In this document: in pieces, positions 8,786 to 19,850 of the stretch
How the letters are laid out: each line of letters starts with the position of its first letter
How positions within the stretch are numbered: position 1 is the stretch's first letter
IMG/VR virus record: IMGVR_UViG_3300026493_000141
Location: 62,001-125,074 of that record
DNA length: 63,074 nucleotides
DNA from: an uncultured virus (IMG/VR IMGVR_UViG_3300026493_000141)
Taxonomy: Duplodnaviria > Heunggongvirae > Uroviricota > Caudoviricetes
Reading direction: 5' to 3' (one strand)
The notes under the pieces: generated by a model
What the model was told of the DNA's origin: nothing
What the model saw: the letters and a program-made list of their open reading frames with translations, nothing else
Database searches by the model: none
Position numbers and translations under genes: made by a program

Positions 8786-11230
8786 TTAGTTTATATCAAT
8801 AATGTTTTCTCCTTTACGAACTCCCATAAGCTTTTTCATTTTCGCTCTACGAGTTAGTTCAGGTACATCAGTAATGTTAATCTCTACTGTCTTCTCAGAA
8901 GTAAATACATCAATAATTGCATCTTCTTTGACAGGTTTGATTCCCACGATTATTTCATCTTCACGTAAGTCTGACAACTGAACGTTCTCATCTCCACGTT
9001 TCATATCAGTGAAGTTAACCAGTGGTGATTTCTTACCATTACCTTTGTTTGTTAACATGAATAGGTACTTATCTCCTCGCATGATTTGAGTCATACCTTT
9101 TACACCACCCGTTACATGCATTTGTTCTTCTGTTAATCGTGAGCCGATTACACCAGAACTCATACGTAACGTAGCTGGAATTTCTTTTGTATTGTATCTG
9201 ATACCGTGTCCTGAGCGAGTATATAAGACAATGTCTTTATTACCTTTCACCTCAATAACAGATACCAGTCTATCGGTACTCTTTAATACAATACCGACAA
9301 GTCCACCTTTTGTTACTTTACTGTAGTTACCACAATGAGAACGTTTAATCATTCCGTTTGCTGTAGCAAATACATAGAATGGACCTTTATCATCTTTCTT
9401 ATCACAGTCATCATATTTCTTTAGAATAGATACGATACGGTGAGAACCGATACCGATTAATCTATTTAATAATACCCCTGCTTCATCTAATGCTGATTCA
9501 GGTATATCATTGACTGCGATTGAATATACTTTTCCTGTTTCATCAAATACCAATAAAGACTCTTTATTATTCAATTTCATAATCTGAGTTGCTTTATCTT
9601 TAGGTTCGATGAACCCTACCCCGTCTACATTGTTAGGAAGCTTCTTAATAAGCCCTTTCTTTGTGATAACGATAGTATGGTTTGTATCTGGTACGTGAGG
9701 TTCACTAGAAATAGACACTACATCACATAAACGTTTGCGTCCATATTTCTTTTTCCCTTCACGTAACTCTGCTTTGATTTCTTCATCTACGATAGAGTCA
9801 TCTGACATCTTATCATAAACTTCTTTTAATTTTGCTTCAAGGTCTTTCTTCTCTGTTTTAAATGACTCCATGTTATCTATTGATAACTGGTACATTTTCA
9901 TATCAGCGATTGCTTCTGCTTGGATATCAGTAAGCTTAAAGTCCTTGATTAACTTCTCAACCATTTGACCACGGTTACGAGAAGCTTTTGCAAGTTTGGA
10001 TAACTTTGCATCTCCGCCCTTACTAGATAAGATAGAGATTAATGTTTCAAGAATATGAATACGTCTACTAATTGTAGAGTATTGGTTTGCATAGATACGA
10101 CGTTTTGTTTCACGACGTAACTCAATCCAATCTAACAATCCTGATTTTAAACTATAACGATAGTTCTGATAGTCGAATGTTGCTTCTAATCGTACCACAT
10201 GTGTAGACTCCAACGGAGTGGAACGATACAACGCTTCTTTCACTTTCTCAGGATTGAATCCTTTCTTGAGTTTAATACGAGTACGGAATTTGGCAGGCTC
10301 TGTTGAAGCTACACCTTTCCCTTTTTTCTTTCTCTCTTTTCTTGGAGACTCATCATAAATATCTGCAATACCTTCGAACTTCTTATCATTAACAAGTTCT
10401 ACAATCTTTGCAACTAATGGGTCCATTGAAACTCCGTATGGTAATGATGTAATGATTAAATCCCCATCTTCTACAATCAGTTCACCACGAGTACGGAACT
10501 TACCTTCTCCTGTTTCACACATTGTCTTAAAGTCTGTATCGACAATTAGACAACGGTTTGGCATATCAGGTACTAACCATACTTTCTTTAAATCTGGGTT
10601 ATCAATCAGTTTGATTGTTAAGTCAAATAGTTCAATTAAGTTATACGGTGGAATACCTGTCATTAAACCTTTACCAATACCGAAGATACTCTTAATGAAT
10701 AACATTGGGTATTTTGATGGTAGATATTCTGGTTCAATGTATTCCCCTGTATAGGATTCATTGAAGTCTGTTACAGTCTTACTCCATTCAGAGAAGTAAG
10801 CATCTACTGTAAACTCTGTCATTTGTGCTCCAATGTAACGCATAGCCGCTGCTGTGTCACCATATTGAGAACCATAGTTTCCATCTGGTTTAATCATAAG
10901 CGGGAAGATGTTCCAATGTTGCCCTAGTCCTACTAATGTACCATATGGTGAAGAATCACCATGAGGGTGATACTTACCAATAACGGTACCAATAATCTCA
11001 GCAACCTTTTTCTTTTTACCTTTATGGTCAAAGAACATCGCGTATAGTACACGACGTTCTACTACTTTTAACCCATCAAATACATGGGGTACGGAACGTG
11101 CTAAGTTGACGTTCTTATTAAATATCATCATCAGAGCTTTATTGTAATCAAAGATATTAAATTCTTCGACACGTTTTACTCTTGCTACTCTTATTTCATC
11201 GGTTTTCTTTGTTTTCTTTTTTGTAACCAT
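8786..11230 (-). CDS. gyrA: Type IIA topoisomerase subunit A (gyrase/topo IV A)
   Basis: DGLKVVERR, GKYHPHGDSS, catalytic AAAMRY, beta-pinwheel CTD repeats; RBS supports the start at 11230. Confidence 0.95.
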   Translation of the reverse strand: MVTKKKTKKTDEIRVARVKRVEEFNIFDYNKALMMIFNKNVNLARSVPHVFDGLKVVERRVLYAMFFDHKGKKKKVAEIIGTVIGKYHPHGDSSPYGTLVGLGQHWNIFPLMIKPDGNYGSQYGDTAAAMRYIGAQMTEFTVDAYFSEWSKTVTDFNESYTGEYIEPEYLPSKYPMLFIKSIFGIGKGLMTGIPPYNLIELFDLTIKLIDNPDLKKVWLVPDMPNRCLIVDTDFKTMCETGEGKFRTRGELIVEDGDLIITSLPYGVSMDPLVAKIVELVNDKKFEGIADIYDESPRKERKKKGKGVASTEPAKFRTRIKLKKGFNPEKVKEALYRSTPLESTHVVRLEATFDYQNYRYSLKSGLLDWIELRRETKRRIYANQYSTISRRIHILETLISILSSKGGDAKLSKLAKASRNRGQMVEKLIKDFKLTDIQAEAIADMKMYQLSIDNMESFKTEKKDLEAKLKEVYDKMSDDSIVDEEIKAELREGKKKYGRKRLCDVVSISSEPHVPDTNHTIVITKKGLIKKLPNNVDGVGFIEPKDKATQIMKLNNKESLLVFDETGKVYSIAVNDIPESALDEAGVLLNRLIGIGSHRIVSILKKYDDCDKKDDKGPFYVFATANGMIKRSHCGNYSKVTKGGLVGIVLKSTDRLVSVIEVKGNKDIVLYTRSGHGIRYNTKEIPATLRMSSGVIGSRLTEEQMHVTGGVKGMTQIMRGDKYLFMLTNKGNGKKSPLVNFTDMKRGDENVQLSDLREDEIIVGIKPVKEDAIIDVFTSEKTVEINITDVPELTRRAKMKKLMGVRKGENIIDIN

Positions 11231-11278
11231 TCTATTGGCTCCTCCTGTCAAGTATCTTATTATATTGTCCTTCTTCTA

Positions 11279-13615
11279 TTAAGTATCAATATCCTCGAAA
11301 CTAATCTTGAAGGCAGCCATTAATTTCTTACGTTCTTCCGCTGCTGCTTTCTTACCCGAATGTAAGACAGCGAAACGTTTTGTATCATGCTCGATATCTT
11401 CCGATACCAATTGAATCAAGTTACGTTCTTCAGGGTCTAATGTTGTTTCCCATAGTTGGTCTGGAGACATCTGTCCTAAACCTTTATAACGTTCCTTATT
11501 CTCTGGTTCAAACTTCTTAACGATAGCCATTAATTGACCTAATGTCATTAGTTCGCCATTCACTTTGAAGTGAACCATTCCATCATTTACTTTATAGATG
11601 TAATGTAATAATGAGTCTACTTTTTTCATCAGTTTATCATGAAGCTTTAAGTACTGGAACTCACGATCATATACACCTGTGATAATAAGACTTCCATCTT
11701 TAAATTTCTCAGACTTTAAGTATGGAAGAGTCTTCATATATTTCGTTAACTCTCTTGGCTTATCGTAGTAGTAAACCATGTTTTCTAATAACGTAGGATT
11801 TACTGCAAAACGATTACCTAGTTTTGTTAGAGTACGTAAGTACTGACGGTTATTATATAATAACTCAGCTACTTTATCATGTGGAAGCTTCTTGCCTTTT
11901 AAGTCAGCAATCTCTAATTGATTCCCAATAAGACCATCCACATAATTGTAATACTCACGATTATCTTTCAGATATAAATCACCTTTACGTTCTTTAATCT
12001 TATACAGTGGTGGAACCACTTTATAGACCATACCATTGATAACAAGTTCTGGCATATGAACTGTAAAGAATGTAGACGCTAGACTTGTGATGAAGTATCC
12101 ATCGATGTCGGCATCTGTCATAATTATGATGCGTTTGAACTTACATTTCTTAATATCGAAGTTCTTACCGATACCACAGCCTAATACATTGACTAGACCG
12201 CGTATCTCATCATTCTGTAGTGCTGCTGCAATCTTAGCATCATATGTATTTGGTAATACACCTTTCAGGTAGAATAATGCTTGGTTATCGTCACGACCTT
12301 CACGTGCACTACCACCAGCCGATTCCCCTTCAATGATGATTAATTCTAAGTCAACACCTTTTGCTTTATCTAACTTAGCAGGTTTATAGTTCTTAGGAAA
12401 CTCGCTATTGAAGATATTCATTTCAGTCTTAACAATAGACTTACGTAACTTCTGAGTTTCTAAACGTGCCTTTGCAATATCTTTAATGTACTTACCTAAG
12501 CGCTTTGCATCATTTGGTTTATCTTTCAACCATTTCTGTAAAGCTGCTGTTGTTGCTTTTCTCACGAACGGGTTCAGGTCTTCGTTATCAATCTTCTCTT
12601 TAACCTGTCCAATGAAATGAGCTTCGACATGTCGTGCATTGACGATTGCTACAAGACCCATCTTCACATCATCCGTAGAGATATTTAATTTGTCTTTCTC
12701 TGTTTTACTTAATACTTCTTCGCGTACAAACTTACCGACAACGTTTGATAGACCAGTCTTGAATCCTTGTACATGTGTACCATGGTCAACTGTCGTACAG
12801 TAGTTGGCGAAACTAATAATATTTTCTTCTACATGTGGAGAGTATGTTAATGCAACCTCAACAGTTTTATCTTCATCTTCCACATAGAAGTAGACTGGTT
12901 CCATAATCATATCTTTACCAGCTGCTTTTGCTAATAAATCAACGATACCATTCTTCGGTTTAAATTCATGACGAATAACTTTCTTACCTTTCTTTGGTGT
13001 AATCTCTGATACGATTTTTACACCACGTACAAGATAAGCTAGAATCTCACATAAATCCGTTACAGGTCCACCAATTGCTCCATCGTATTTACCAATGATA
13101 TCTTCGTTACATTGGAACGTAACAATTGTACCTGTTTTACTCTTCGGACATTTACCCCATTCTTCTGATACAGGATAACCATTCTCGAATCGTACTTTGA
13201 ATGATTTCCCATTACGGAATGAAGTTACTTCCATAAAGTTTGATAAAGCGTTCGTTGCTGTACCACCGACACCGTTCTCACCTGCCGCGTACTTATATGA
13301 ACTATCTTTACCTTTCTTGAACTTACCACTTGATTGAATATATGTAAATGCTTTTACTATACTTCCATGAGGAATGCCTCGACCATTATCTATGATAGAA
13401 GCGATCTTAGTTGTTTCATCGTATAGTACAGTAATCTCATCACAAGTCGAATCCTCGACCATACTTTCATCCAAACTATTTTGAATAATTTCTTTAATCA
13501 AATGGATGACTGCTTTGGCGTTGGTATAGCCGATGTACATATTAAGGCGTTCTTTAATCCGCTCGACATCGACCTCTATGACTTCGATGGAATCTTCATT
13601 GTATGCTTTAGCCAT
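11279..13615 (-). CDS. gyrB: Type IIA topoisomerase subunit B
   Basis: EIIQNSLDE, DNGRGIP, EGESAGG, MTDADIDG, RYKGLGQM. Confidence 0.95.
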   Translation of the reverse strand: MAKAYNEDSIEVIEVDVERIKERLNMYIGYTNAKAVIHLIKEIIQNSLDESMVEDSTCDEITVLYDETTKIASIIDNGRGIPHGSIVKAFTYIQSSGKFKKGKDSSYKYAAGENGVGGTATNALSNFMEVTSFRNGKSFKVRFENGYPVSEEWGKCPKSKTGTIVTFQCNEDIIGKYDGAIGGPVTDLCEILAYLVRGVKIVSEITPKKGKKVIRHEFKPKNGIVDLLAKAAGKDMIMEPVYFYVEDEDKTVEVALTYSPHVEENIISFANYCTTVDHGTHVQGFKTGLSNVVGKFVREEVLSKTEKDKLNISTDDVKMGLVAIVNARHVEAHFIGQVKEKIDNEDLNPFVRKATTAALQKWLKDKPNDAKRLGKYIKDIAKARLETQKLRKSIVKTEMNIFNSEFPKNYKPAKLDKAKGVDLELIIIEGESAGGSAREGRDDNQALFYLKGVLPNTYDAKIAAALQNDEIRGLVNVLGCGIGKNFDIKKCKFKRIIIMTDADIDGYFITSLASTFFTVHMPELVINGMVYKVVPPLYKIKERKGDLYLKDNREYYNYVDGLIGNQLEIADLKGKKLPHDKVAELLYNNRQYLRTLTKLGNRFAVNPTLLENMVYYYDKPRELTKYMKTLPYLKSEKFKDGSLIITGVYDREFQYLKLHDKLMKKVDSLLHYIYKVNDGMVHFKVNGELMTLGQLMAIVKKFEPENKERYKGLGQMSPDQLWETTLDPEERNLIQLVSEDIEHDTKRFAVLHSGKKAAAEERKKLMAAFKISFEDIDT

Positions 13616-13699
13616 TTGCTATGTTCCTCCTTGAATAATTCTTACAAAAAATAAAAGAGTATAAGCAAATGCTTATACTCTTATGTATACTAAGAGTTC

Positions 13700-14290
13700 T
13701 TAGTATTGTGGGTAGTATCCACGACCACCACGGTTTTTATTTTTGTTCTTACCTTTACCTTTGTTTTTATTCTTCTTACCTTGGTGCTCATAACCCATTG
13801 CGATTAATGGATTGCTAACTGCTGCTCCTAGGCGTGGGTCCATGTAACCCATGTTTGCAATACCATTGTGGTTGAATTGACCAGCGTTGTATTGGTTTTG
13901 GTATGGATCATCATGTAGACGTTCTACAACCAGGCTGTTATAAGACTCTGGAAGTTTTTGTAATAATACTTGTGCAGCACCGAACTGTTGTAATAGCTCG
14001 AAAGGCATATCTTCTTCAGTTACTTTAATTGCATTAATAGCATTCTTAATTAAACGTGCTGCTGCTTTTAATTCATTAGCATCGATTTCTGATAGATCAA
14101 TTTTCTCATGGCAGATTGTGCACTTGAACATAGTGCCAGTTTCACCAACTGGTTTAAGAGCTGAAGCTGTACGATTGTTATTCTTTTCCACACGGTGGTC
14201 ACAAGTAGCTTTCATTTCTTCCAGTTGTAATAAACGTTGGCTCTCCATACGTCCGTAAGCTTTGATCATTTCGATGTGTTTCTTTTTCAT
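13700..14290 (-). CDS. Zn-ribbon protein with basic low-complexity tail, early class
   Basis: CDH...CTIC; C-terminal KN/RGG-rich tail; early promoter at 14333-14350. Confidence 0.6.
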   Translation of the reverse strand: MKKKHIEMIKAYGRMESQRLLQLEEMKATCDHRVEKNNNRTASALKPVGETGTMFKCTICHEKIDLSEIDANELKAAARLIKNAINAIKVTEEDMPFELLQQFGAAQVLLQKLPESYNSLVVERLHDDPYQNQYNAGQFNHNGIANMGYMDPRLGAAVSNPLIAMGYEHQGKKNKNKGKGKNKNKNRGGRGYYPQY

Positions 14291-14332
14291 AATAAATTCC
14301 TCCTAAGGTTTCTTATATAATTTTATTGTTGC

Positions 14333-14350
14333 TCACCTTTATAATGTATA
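14333..14350 (-). promoter_or_regulatory. Early-type phage promoter TATACATTATAAAGGTGA
   Basis: Near-identical motif upstream of at least six minus-strand genes. Confidence 0.75.
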
Positions 14351-14433
14351 GTTATATTTTAAGTTAAATTTTACAACTATCTATTCGGGTGAGTATACGT
14401 CCTCTATAATACTGTTGTACTCAGTATAAAAGT

Positions 14434-14754
14434 TTATTCCGCAGGAATGATAACACCTGGTTCCCGATCTTCATGTTTCTCAATCGGATCACGGTGATCT
14501 GTATCAGGGTCATACTTTCTTTTTGTTTCAAATGAGATACTATCAATTGCATCATACGTGATTGCATGATCAATAACATCTCCTGAACCTGGTTTAAATT
14601 CCTCAAAGATTAATAAGGATAATTTATGGTTCCATTCTTTTAATCTGTTACCTTTACGATGCGTCCACATACGACCATTGTTTAAATGTAATCGGTCAAT
14701 GTTAATAGGACCACCGAATTTCTCGAATGCGTATTCGATTTGTTCTGGACTCAT
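14434..14754 (-). CDS. Hypothetical protein
   Basis: GAGGAG RBS before ATG 14754 (MSPEQIEY). Confidence 0.65.
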   Translation of the reverse strand: MSPEQIEYAFEKFGGPINIDRLHLNNGRMWTHRKGNRLKEWNHKLSLLIFEEFKPGSGDVIDHAITYDAIDSISFETKRKYDPDTDHRDPIEKHEDREPGVIIPAE

Positions 14755-14764
14755 TTGTTTCTCC

Positions 14765-14950
14765 TCACTTTCGTTTCTTCTTTTTCTTTCGTTTACCTTT
14801 ACCATGATACAGGTTAAAAGCATCTTTGAATTCTTTACTCTGTATCAATTGTTGTGTTCGCTCTTTCTTAGAGATGAATACAGGCTTACTATCTGTAAGC
14901 CTGTCATTTCCAAAGAGGTCATTCATCGTTGTATCTTTAGTGACTCTCAT
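14765..14950 (-). CDS. Small basic protein
   Basis: GGAGG RBS, ATGA overlap with the upstream gene, Lys-rich end. Confidence 0.55.
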   Translation of the reverse strand: MRVTKDTTMNDLFGNDRLTDSKPVFISKKERTQQLIQSKEFKDAFNLYHGKGKRKKKKKRK

Positions 14951-15912
14951 ATGTAGAAACCTCCCGGAACATACTTAAATAGGAACTCATAGATAGAGCT
15001 AAAGGACTCTGAGTTTTTCCCATTCTTGAATTTTACTAATACGTCATCTAGTTCTACTTCTAGTGCCGCACCAGTATGTATTAATTCCATGTTAACGAAG
15101 TTAAACTTACTACAATACTCAAAGATTTCTCTAAAGATATCTGTTACACTTGTAGCGATAACTTCTTTCTCATAGTGAACGATGTAATCAGGTTCTCCTT
15201 CTGAATGACTTTGGTCATATTCACGGATTACGTAATTCATCACTACATGAGACATGTTATCTAACTTCTTATAATATTTATAAGGGATTGCTTTAAACAT
15301 TCCGTTTCCTAAGTTAATAAATACTTGGGAACCTTTATAGCGTTTCTTCTTACTTGGAATGTGCTCACCCATATTCATAACAGCAAAGTCTTTCATTACA
15401 AAGTTGAAATCGTCTCTATAGAACTTCTCTACATCAGCTGTACGCATTGTTAAGAGTTCTCTCACTACATCGATTTCATTTGGATCGACAATTGATTTAC
15501 CTTTTAATGTGTATAGGTAATCATGTACAAATAGTAATGTCGATGCAATTAAGTTTACGATATCATATGTACCGCTACGTTTTAATCTATCAATACGAGT
15601 ATCCATAAAATATGTAACGAAGGTATTTAACGTACCTTCGGATACTACATTTAATACATCTTCAATATCAATCTTTTCATTATCATTAATTAACTGCTTT
15701 AAATGAGTTAATCCATTTAAGATATTAAATAAGCTATCTGTCATAGCTGGTACACGTGATACTCGTGCTGTACGAATATCATCTACAGGTTTAGAAGTTT
15801 CTGCATCAATAATGATTGATGGCTTCTTTTCTTCTAATCGTACTGCTTTTACTTTACGTACATTTACCTGTCTAGTGTCTGTGTGTGCTACTACCTTAAT
15901 TTCGTTTGTCAT
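14947..15912 (-). CDS. Hypothetical protein (321 aa)
   Basis: ORF with GGGAG RBS. Confidence 0.7.
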   Translation of the reverse strand: MTNEIKVVAHTDTRQVNVRKVKAVRLEEKKPSIIIDAETSKPVDDIRTARVSRVPAMTDSLFNILNGLTHLKQLINDNEKIDIEDVLNVVSEGTLNTFVTYFMDTRIDRLKRSGTYDIVNLIASTLLFVHDYLYTLKGKSIVDPNEIDVVRELLTMRTADVEKFYRDDFNFVMKDFAVMNMGEHIPSKKKRYKGSQVFINLGNGMFKAIPYKYYKKLDNMSHVVMNYVIREYDQSHSEGEPDYIVHYEKEVIATSVTDIFREIFEYCSKFNFVNMELIHTGAALEVELDDVLVKFKNGKNSESFSSIYEFLFKYVPGGFYI

Positions 15913-15929
15913 TATTTTTCATTCTCCCT

Positions 15930-17183
15930 TCAGCTTTTAGCTGCTATATTATCGTACCACTTAGATGATGTATAACCATTATATGTTTTGGCTTTTTCTT
16001 TTCGCTTCACAATGATTAACGTATGTTGCGCTCTGGTAATAGCTGTGTATAACCACTTACGGTGGAATAATTCATCCCCGATTTTCTCTTCTAATACCAT
16101 AACGGAACCATACTGACTACCTTGTACAAGGTGACATGTGGAAGCATAACCATATTCAAAACGGTTACCATCTCCATATCTATACGTTGCCTTATCTTTC
16201 ATTGGTAATGTTAGGTAATTGTAATCCATTGGAATATGTGCAAAATAATCATCTTCCATAAAGTCTGGCTGGAAGTCGATATGCACTTTGCTACCATTAA
16301 ATGTTTCACGATAGACATATTCCACTGTACCAAATAGACCATTGATTAATGGAATATCATCGACAGTCTCTTTCCAGTTATTCTTACGACATACCATTGT
16401 TTCTCCCACCATTGGGAAGTGTGAACGATATCCTTTGATATCATATCGCACTCTATCGTTAATCTGCTCACGGGTTTTATTCTTCCCACAGATAACGATG
16501 TTAGATTTGTTAAATATCCAGTTATGTTTCATAGCGTCTTCATCAACCACAATACAGCGTGGACCATAGACACCTACTGGGATATCAACACCTTTACGAG
16601 CCATATCAGATAATGTAATGATAGGGTCTCCTTCTTTTTGTCGTACAATTTCCCATAGTACTGCATCAGGATTCTTAATGAAAGAAGACTTACCGAATAC
16701 TGGTGGTAATTGGTCTTCGTCTCCGATTGCAATAATAGGAACACCAAATGATTCCAAGTCACGTTTCATATCATCTGGAACCATACCAGCTTCATCGACT
16801 ACGATAAGCTTAATCTTTGGTCCCAAACTTCCACGTCTACGGAATGTTGGTTTTGTAACATAACGGTCATCTCGTCCAATCTTAAAGTTACCTTTATCAT
16901 CCATTACTCGTTCTACTCCGAAGTCATAAATGGTAGAATGAATTGTTTTTCCTTGTAATCCATTCATACGTAAAGGTATTGTTGCTTTACCTACATAGGT
17001 TGCGAATAATACTTCCGTTCGCACATCTAGACCAACCTCAGCCATCATACTATAGATACAAGTTGTCTTACCTGTACCTGCCGGTCCTTGTAACTTGAAT
17101 GTCTGTTTGAATTTCGTTTTCCACCAGAGTACAAGTTTGGCTCGTGCGTCAGATTGTCCTTGATTTAATGTAATCATTGCCAT
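15930..17183 (-). CDS. SF1B helicase, RecD/Dda-like
   Basis: GPAGTGKT, VVDEAGMV, GDEDQLPPV, YASTCHLVQGSQY, LYTAITRA. Confidence 0.9.
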   Translation of the reverse strand: MAMITLNQGQSDARAKLVLWWKTKFKQTFKLQGPAGTGKTTCIYSMMAEVGLDVRTEVLFATYVGKATIPLRMNGLQGKTIHSTIYDFGVERVMDDKGNFKIGRDDRYVTKPTFRRRGSLGPKIKLIVVDEAGMVPDDMKRDLESFGVPIIAIGDEDQLPPVFGKSSFIKNPDAVLWEIVRQKEGDPIITLSDMARKGVDIPVGVYGPRCIVVDEDAMKHNWIFNKSNIVICGKNKTREQINDRVRYDIKGYRSHFPMVGETMVCRKNNWKETVDDIPLINGLFGTVEYVYRETFNGSKVHIDFQPDFMEDDYFAHIPMDYNYLTLPMKDKATYRYGDGNRFEYGYASTCHLVQGSQYGSVMVLEEKIGDELFHRKWLYTAITRAQHTLIIVKRKEKAKTYNGYTSSKWYDNIAAKS

Positions 17184-17257
17184 ATAGATACTTCCTTCCT
17201 TTTGATTGCGTCCGACGAGTTCAACTATCTATTAATATGATAGAAAGGATGATTCGA

Positions 17258-17611
17258 ATGAACTTCGAAAACCCGACGGATATTGAGTTAGAGATTTGGG
17301 AAAATGGATTTAACTTGGACTATCACAAATACGTTCGTGATGCTTCCCCTATCCATATTAATATCCCAAAACTTATGCCATTCATTCCAATAGCCCCATC
17401 CAAAGATACAGTAAGACAGATCAATACTGCCATGATACAAAATGACGTATCCTGTAGACCTCGAGTCAAAGGAAGTATCGTCACTTGTAACTATATCATT
17501 TCACCTAGAAGTGGGTCTCAATCCTATAACGGTGAAGTTTGGCTGGGTACTCGTTTAAATTGCTTTATAGCAAATAGAAATCCGAAACGAATTGAATTTA
17601 CAACTGTATAG
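17258..17611 (+). CDS. Hypothetical protein, probably baseplate-related
   Basis: AAAGGA RBS; co-oriented with the gp53-like gene. Confidence 0.55.
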   Translation: MNFENPTDIELEIWENGFNLDYHKYVRDASPIHINIPKLMPFIPIAPSKDTVRQINTAMIQNDVSCRPRVKGSIVTCNYIISPRSGSQSYNGEVWLGTRLNCFIANRNPKRIEFTTV

Positions 17612-17622
17612 GAGGTTATCCC

Positions 17623-18063
17623 ATGATTGTAACATCGAATCCAGAATCTACAACAACCCTGTCTGAATTAATAACAGAAGGGTCAACGAGTGAAATCCAA
17701 TTGTCTACGACTCACTATCTATTACGTATCGGAGAGAACATCTTTCCGATATCCAATGCAATTGATAGCTATATGGATTTCTTAATTGATATTTGTATCG
17801 ACGTTAAGTTAGACGACAAAGAATTCGATAAGTATTATCAGAATCCTAAAATATTAAGTCGTGACTTATACGGTACAATGGACTTATGGTATATTCTATT
17901 ACGAGTGAATAGATGCTCTAGCCCATTTAACTTTAAATACAAAACATTAAAGGTTATGCATCCTGATAGACTTGAAGTCATCAATAAGATACTTAACCTA
18001 TGTGAAGAACGTCTATCTAGAACGAAGAACTATGCGTTCCTAGAAGACATACCAAGGGTGTAG
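17623..18063 (+). CDS. Baseplate wedge protein, T4 gp53/LysM-like
   Basis: NPKILSRDLYGTMDLWYILLRVN matches the P..LS..LYG...LW..IL..N pattern. Confidence 0.65.
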   Translation: MIVTSNPESTTTLSELITEGSTSEIQLSTTHYLLRIGENIFPISNAIDSYMDFLIDICIDVKLDDKEFDKYYQNPKILSRDLYGTMDLWYILLRVNRCSSPFNFKYKTLKVMHPDRLEVINKILNLCEERLSRTKNYAFLEDIPRV

Positions 18064-18090
18064 GTAGAGAATCTCTACCTACCCTTTTTT
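18062..18090. terminator. Intrinsic terminator between convergent genes
   Basis: AGGTAGAGA/TCTCTACCT followed by a T-run. Confidence 0.65.
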
Positions 18091-19738
18091 ATATAATATC
18101 TGCAAGCCTTTCCTCACGACTTGGTGTACGTGTGAATGTTAAAGGCTCGCGCTCTTTTGCCGTCATTCGTCCCATCTTACCTGTGTTAATTGGGATTACT
18201 TCGGCTAAGTCTGTTGCTAATGTTTCTTCAGATAACTTCTGACCACCTAAATCAGTTTCAATACGCATTGTATTTGTTTCTGCAAACGGTTGGTTAAAGT
18301 ATGTTAATTCTGATAACGGTTTTCCACGTAACTTAATACGTTTGAATGTTAGATACATTCTTTGAGTTGACTGTTTCAACTCTCGGTTGATGATACATGC
18401 AAAGTCACTATTCTCAATCGTATTCCAAGATTCACCCACGTTAGAGCGTCCTAGTAATTTCGCTAAGTCATTCTGATTGAACTCCATAGCGGAGTCAATT
18501 GTCTTCGCACCATCACGGTTCAGCTGGTTCGCTGATATAACTGGGATATCTTTATCGATAGCTAATGCTTTTAACTCATCGACAATCGCCCCTAATTTTA
18601 AACGTTCTTCTTGCCCGTCTCTTGTTGCGGAACGAATACGTTTAATATAGTCATGAAATAGGCAGATTACTTCATATCCTAAATCTTCATAACCTTCAAT
18701 GATACTATACAGGTCAGTTGTATCAATTGTTTGACCTGCTCGATATTCTACAAGAATATCGATATTATTTTCATCTGTTAACGTTAAGCGACCTTTCTTA
18801 CGTAGAAGTTGAATCGCTTCTTCAGGTGAGTTGAATTTCAACTCATCATCATTTGTATCTGCTACAGCTAAGCTGTATAAACGTTCAATTGTTTCTTCCA
18901 CACTGTTTTCTTGTGTAACCAATAAGATAGCCGGCGTACGGTCTGGGTCTTTGGTTACATAGTTTTTATTAAACAGTCGAATTTGATACATCAGGTTTAA
19001 TAATAGACCTGATTTGAAACCACCTGATAGACCTGCAAACATATAGAAACGTTGTGCTTGGAATCCTCCTGCTAATATTTCATTCAGGTCTTGGATTCCG
19101 GTCTTTAAGATATTACCAGGGTTTTGTAGTTTCTCTACCGTTGATTTAACAACGCGTTCAAATGTACCTTCTCGTAATGAGAATACACCTTCCATATCAT
19201 TATTTGCTTCAGACTTTCTCATGTCTGTCATTAAATGAATAATGGACTTCTTTAACTTCTTCTTAACAGAAGCTAAGTCTTCGAAATCACCTGTATCTAG
19301 TTTACCTAGAGTCTCCATGATTTCATCTTTATGAAGATACATGTAACAGTGAGCTAGTTTGTCACTGATCATGTCATTAACATATTTAATCTCTTTCTTT
19401 GATAAGACGATATGTTTAATATCATCGACAATATCTTCGTATACATCTTCATATCGTTGTACACGGCAGTAGTCTACTAAGACTAATGGATTTTCAATTC
19501 CACTGTCTAATCTGGCATCTAACGCCATCTCTAAGAATCTAAGACGTGCTTTCAAAGCAAAGTCTTGATCGTATGGTTGCTGGTCAATCATACCAACAAC
19601 TTTCTTTATATTCATCAATCCGCTGCGGGTAATTTTCTCATTTTGACTAATCGTATATGCTATCAGCATATTTAGCGTATATAATGGGAACTTTATTGGA
19701 ACTCGATTTCCGGTTCGCTTTACTCTCGCTTTTCTCAT
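18089..19738 (-). CDS. DnaB-like replicative helicase (phiKZ type)
   Basis: KTGIQDLNEILAGG, Walker A GLSGGFKS, HDYI, SANQLNR. Confidence 0.88.
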   Translation of the reverse strand: MRKARVKRTGNRVPIKFPLYTLNMLIAYTISQNEKITRSGLMNIKKVVGMIDQQPYDQDFALKARLRFLEMALDARLDSGIENPLVLVDYCRVQRYEDVYEDIVDDIKHIVLSKKEIKYVNDMISDKLAHCYMYLHKDEIMETLGKLDTGDFEDLASVKKKLKKSIIHLMTDMRKSEANNDMEGVFSLREGTFERVVKSTVEKLQNPGNILKTGIQDLNEILAGGFQAQRFYMFAGLSGGFKSGLLLNLMYQIRLFNKNYVTKDPDRTPAILLVTQENSVEETIERLYSLAVADTNDDELKFNSPEEAIQLLRKKGRLTLTDENNIDILVEYRAGQTIDTTDLYSIIEGYEDLGYEVICLFHDYIKRIRSATRDGQEERLKLGAIVDELKALAIDKDIPVISANQLNRDGAKTIDSAMEFNQNDLAKLLGRSNVGESWNTIENSDFACIINRELKQSTQRMYLTFKRIKLRGKPLSELTYFNQPFAETNTMRIETDLGGQKLSEETLATDLAEVIPINTGKMGRMTAKEREPLTFTRTPSREERLADII

Positions 19739-19850
19739 TATGATAATGGACCCCCTACTATATATTTATTTCATTTTTCGATTCCTCTCATATATTCTTT
19801 TGTTTTAGCTATCATAAAATTAAATTAAGAAGATGGAGTCACCCATCTTC

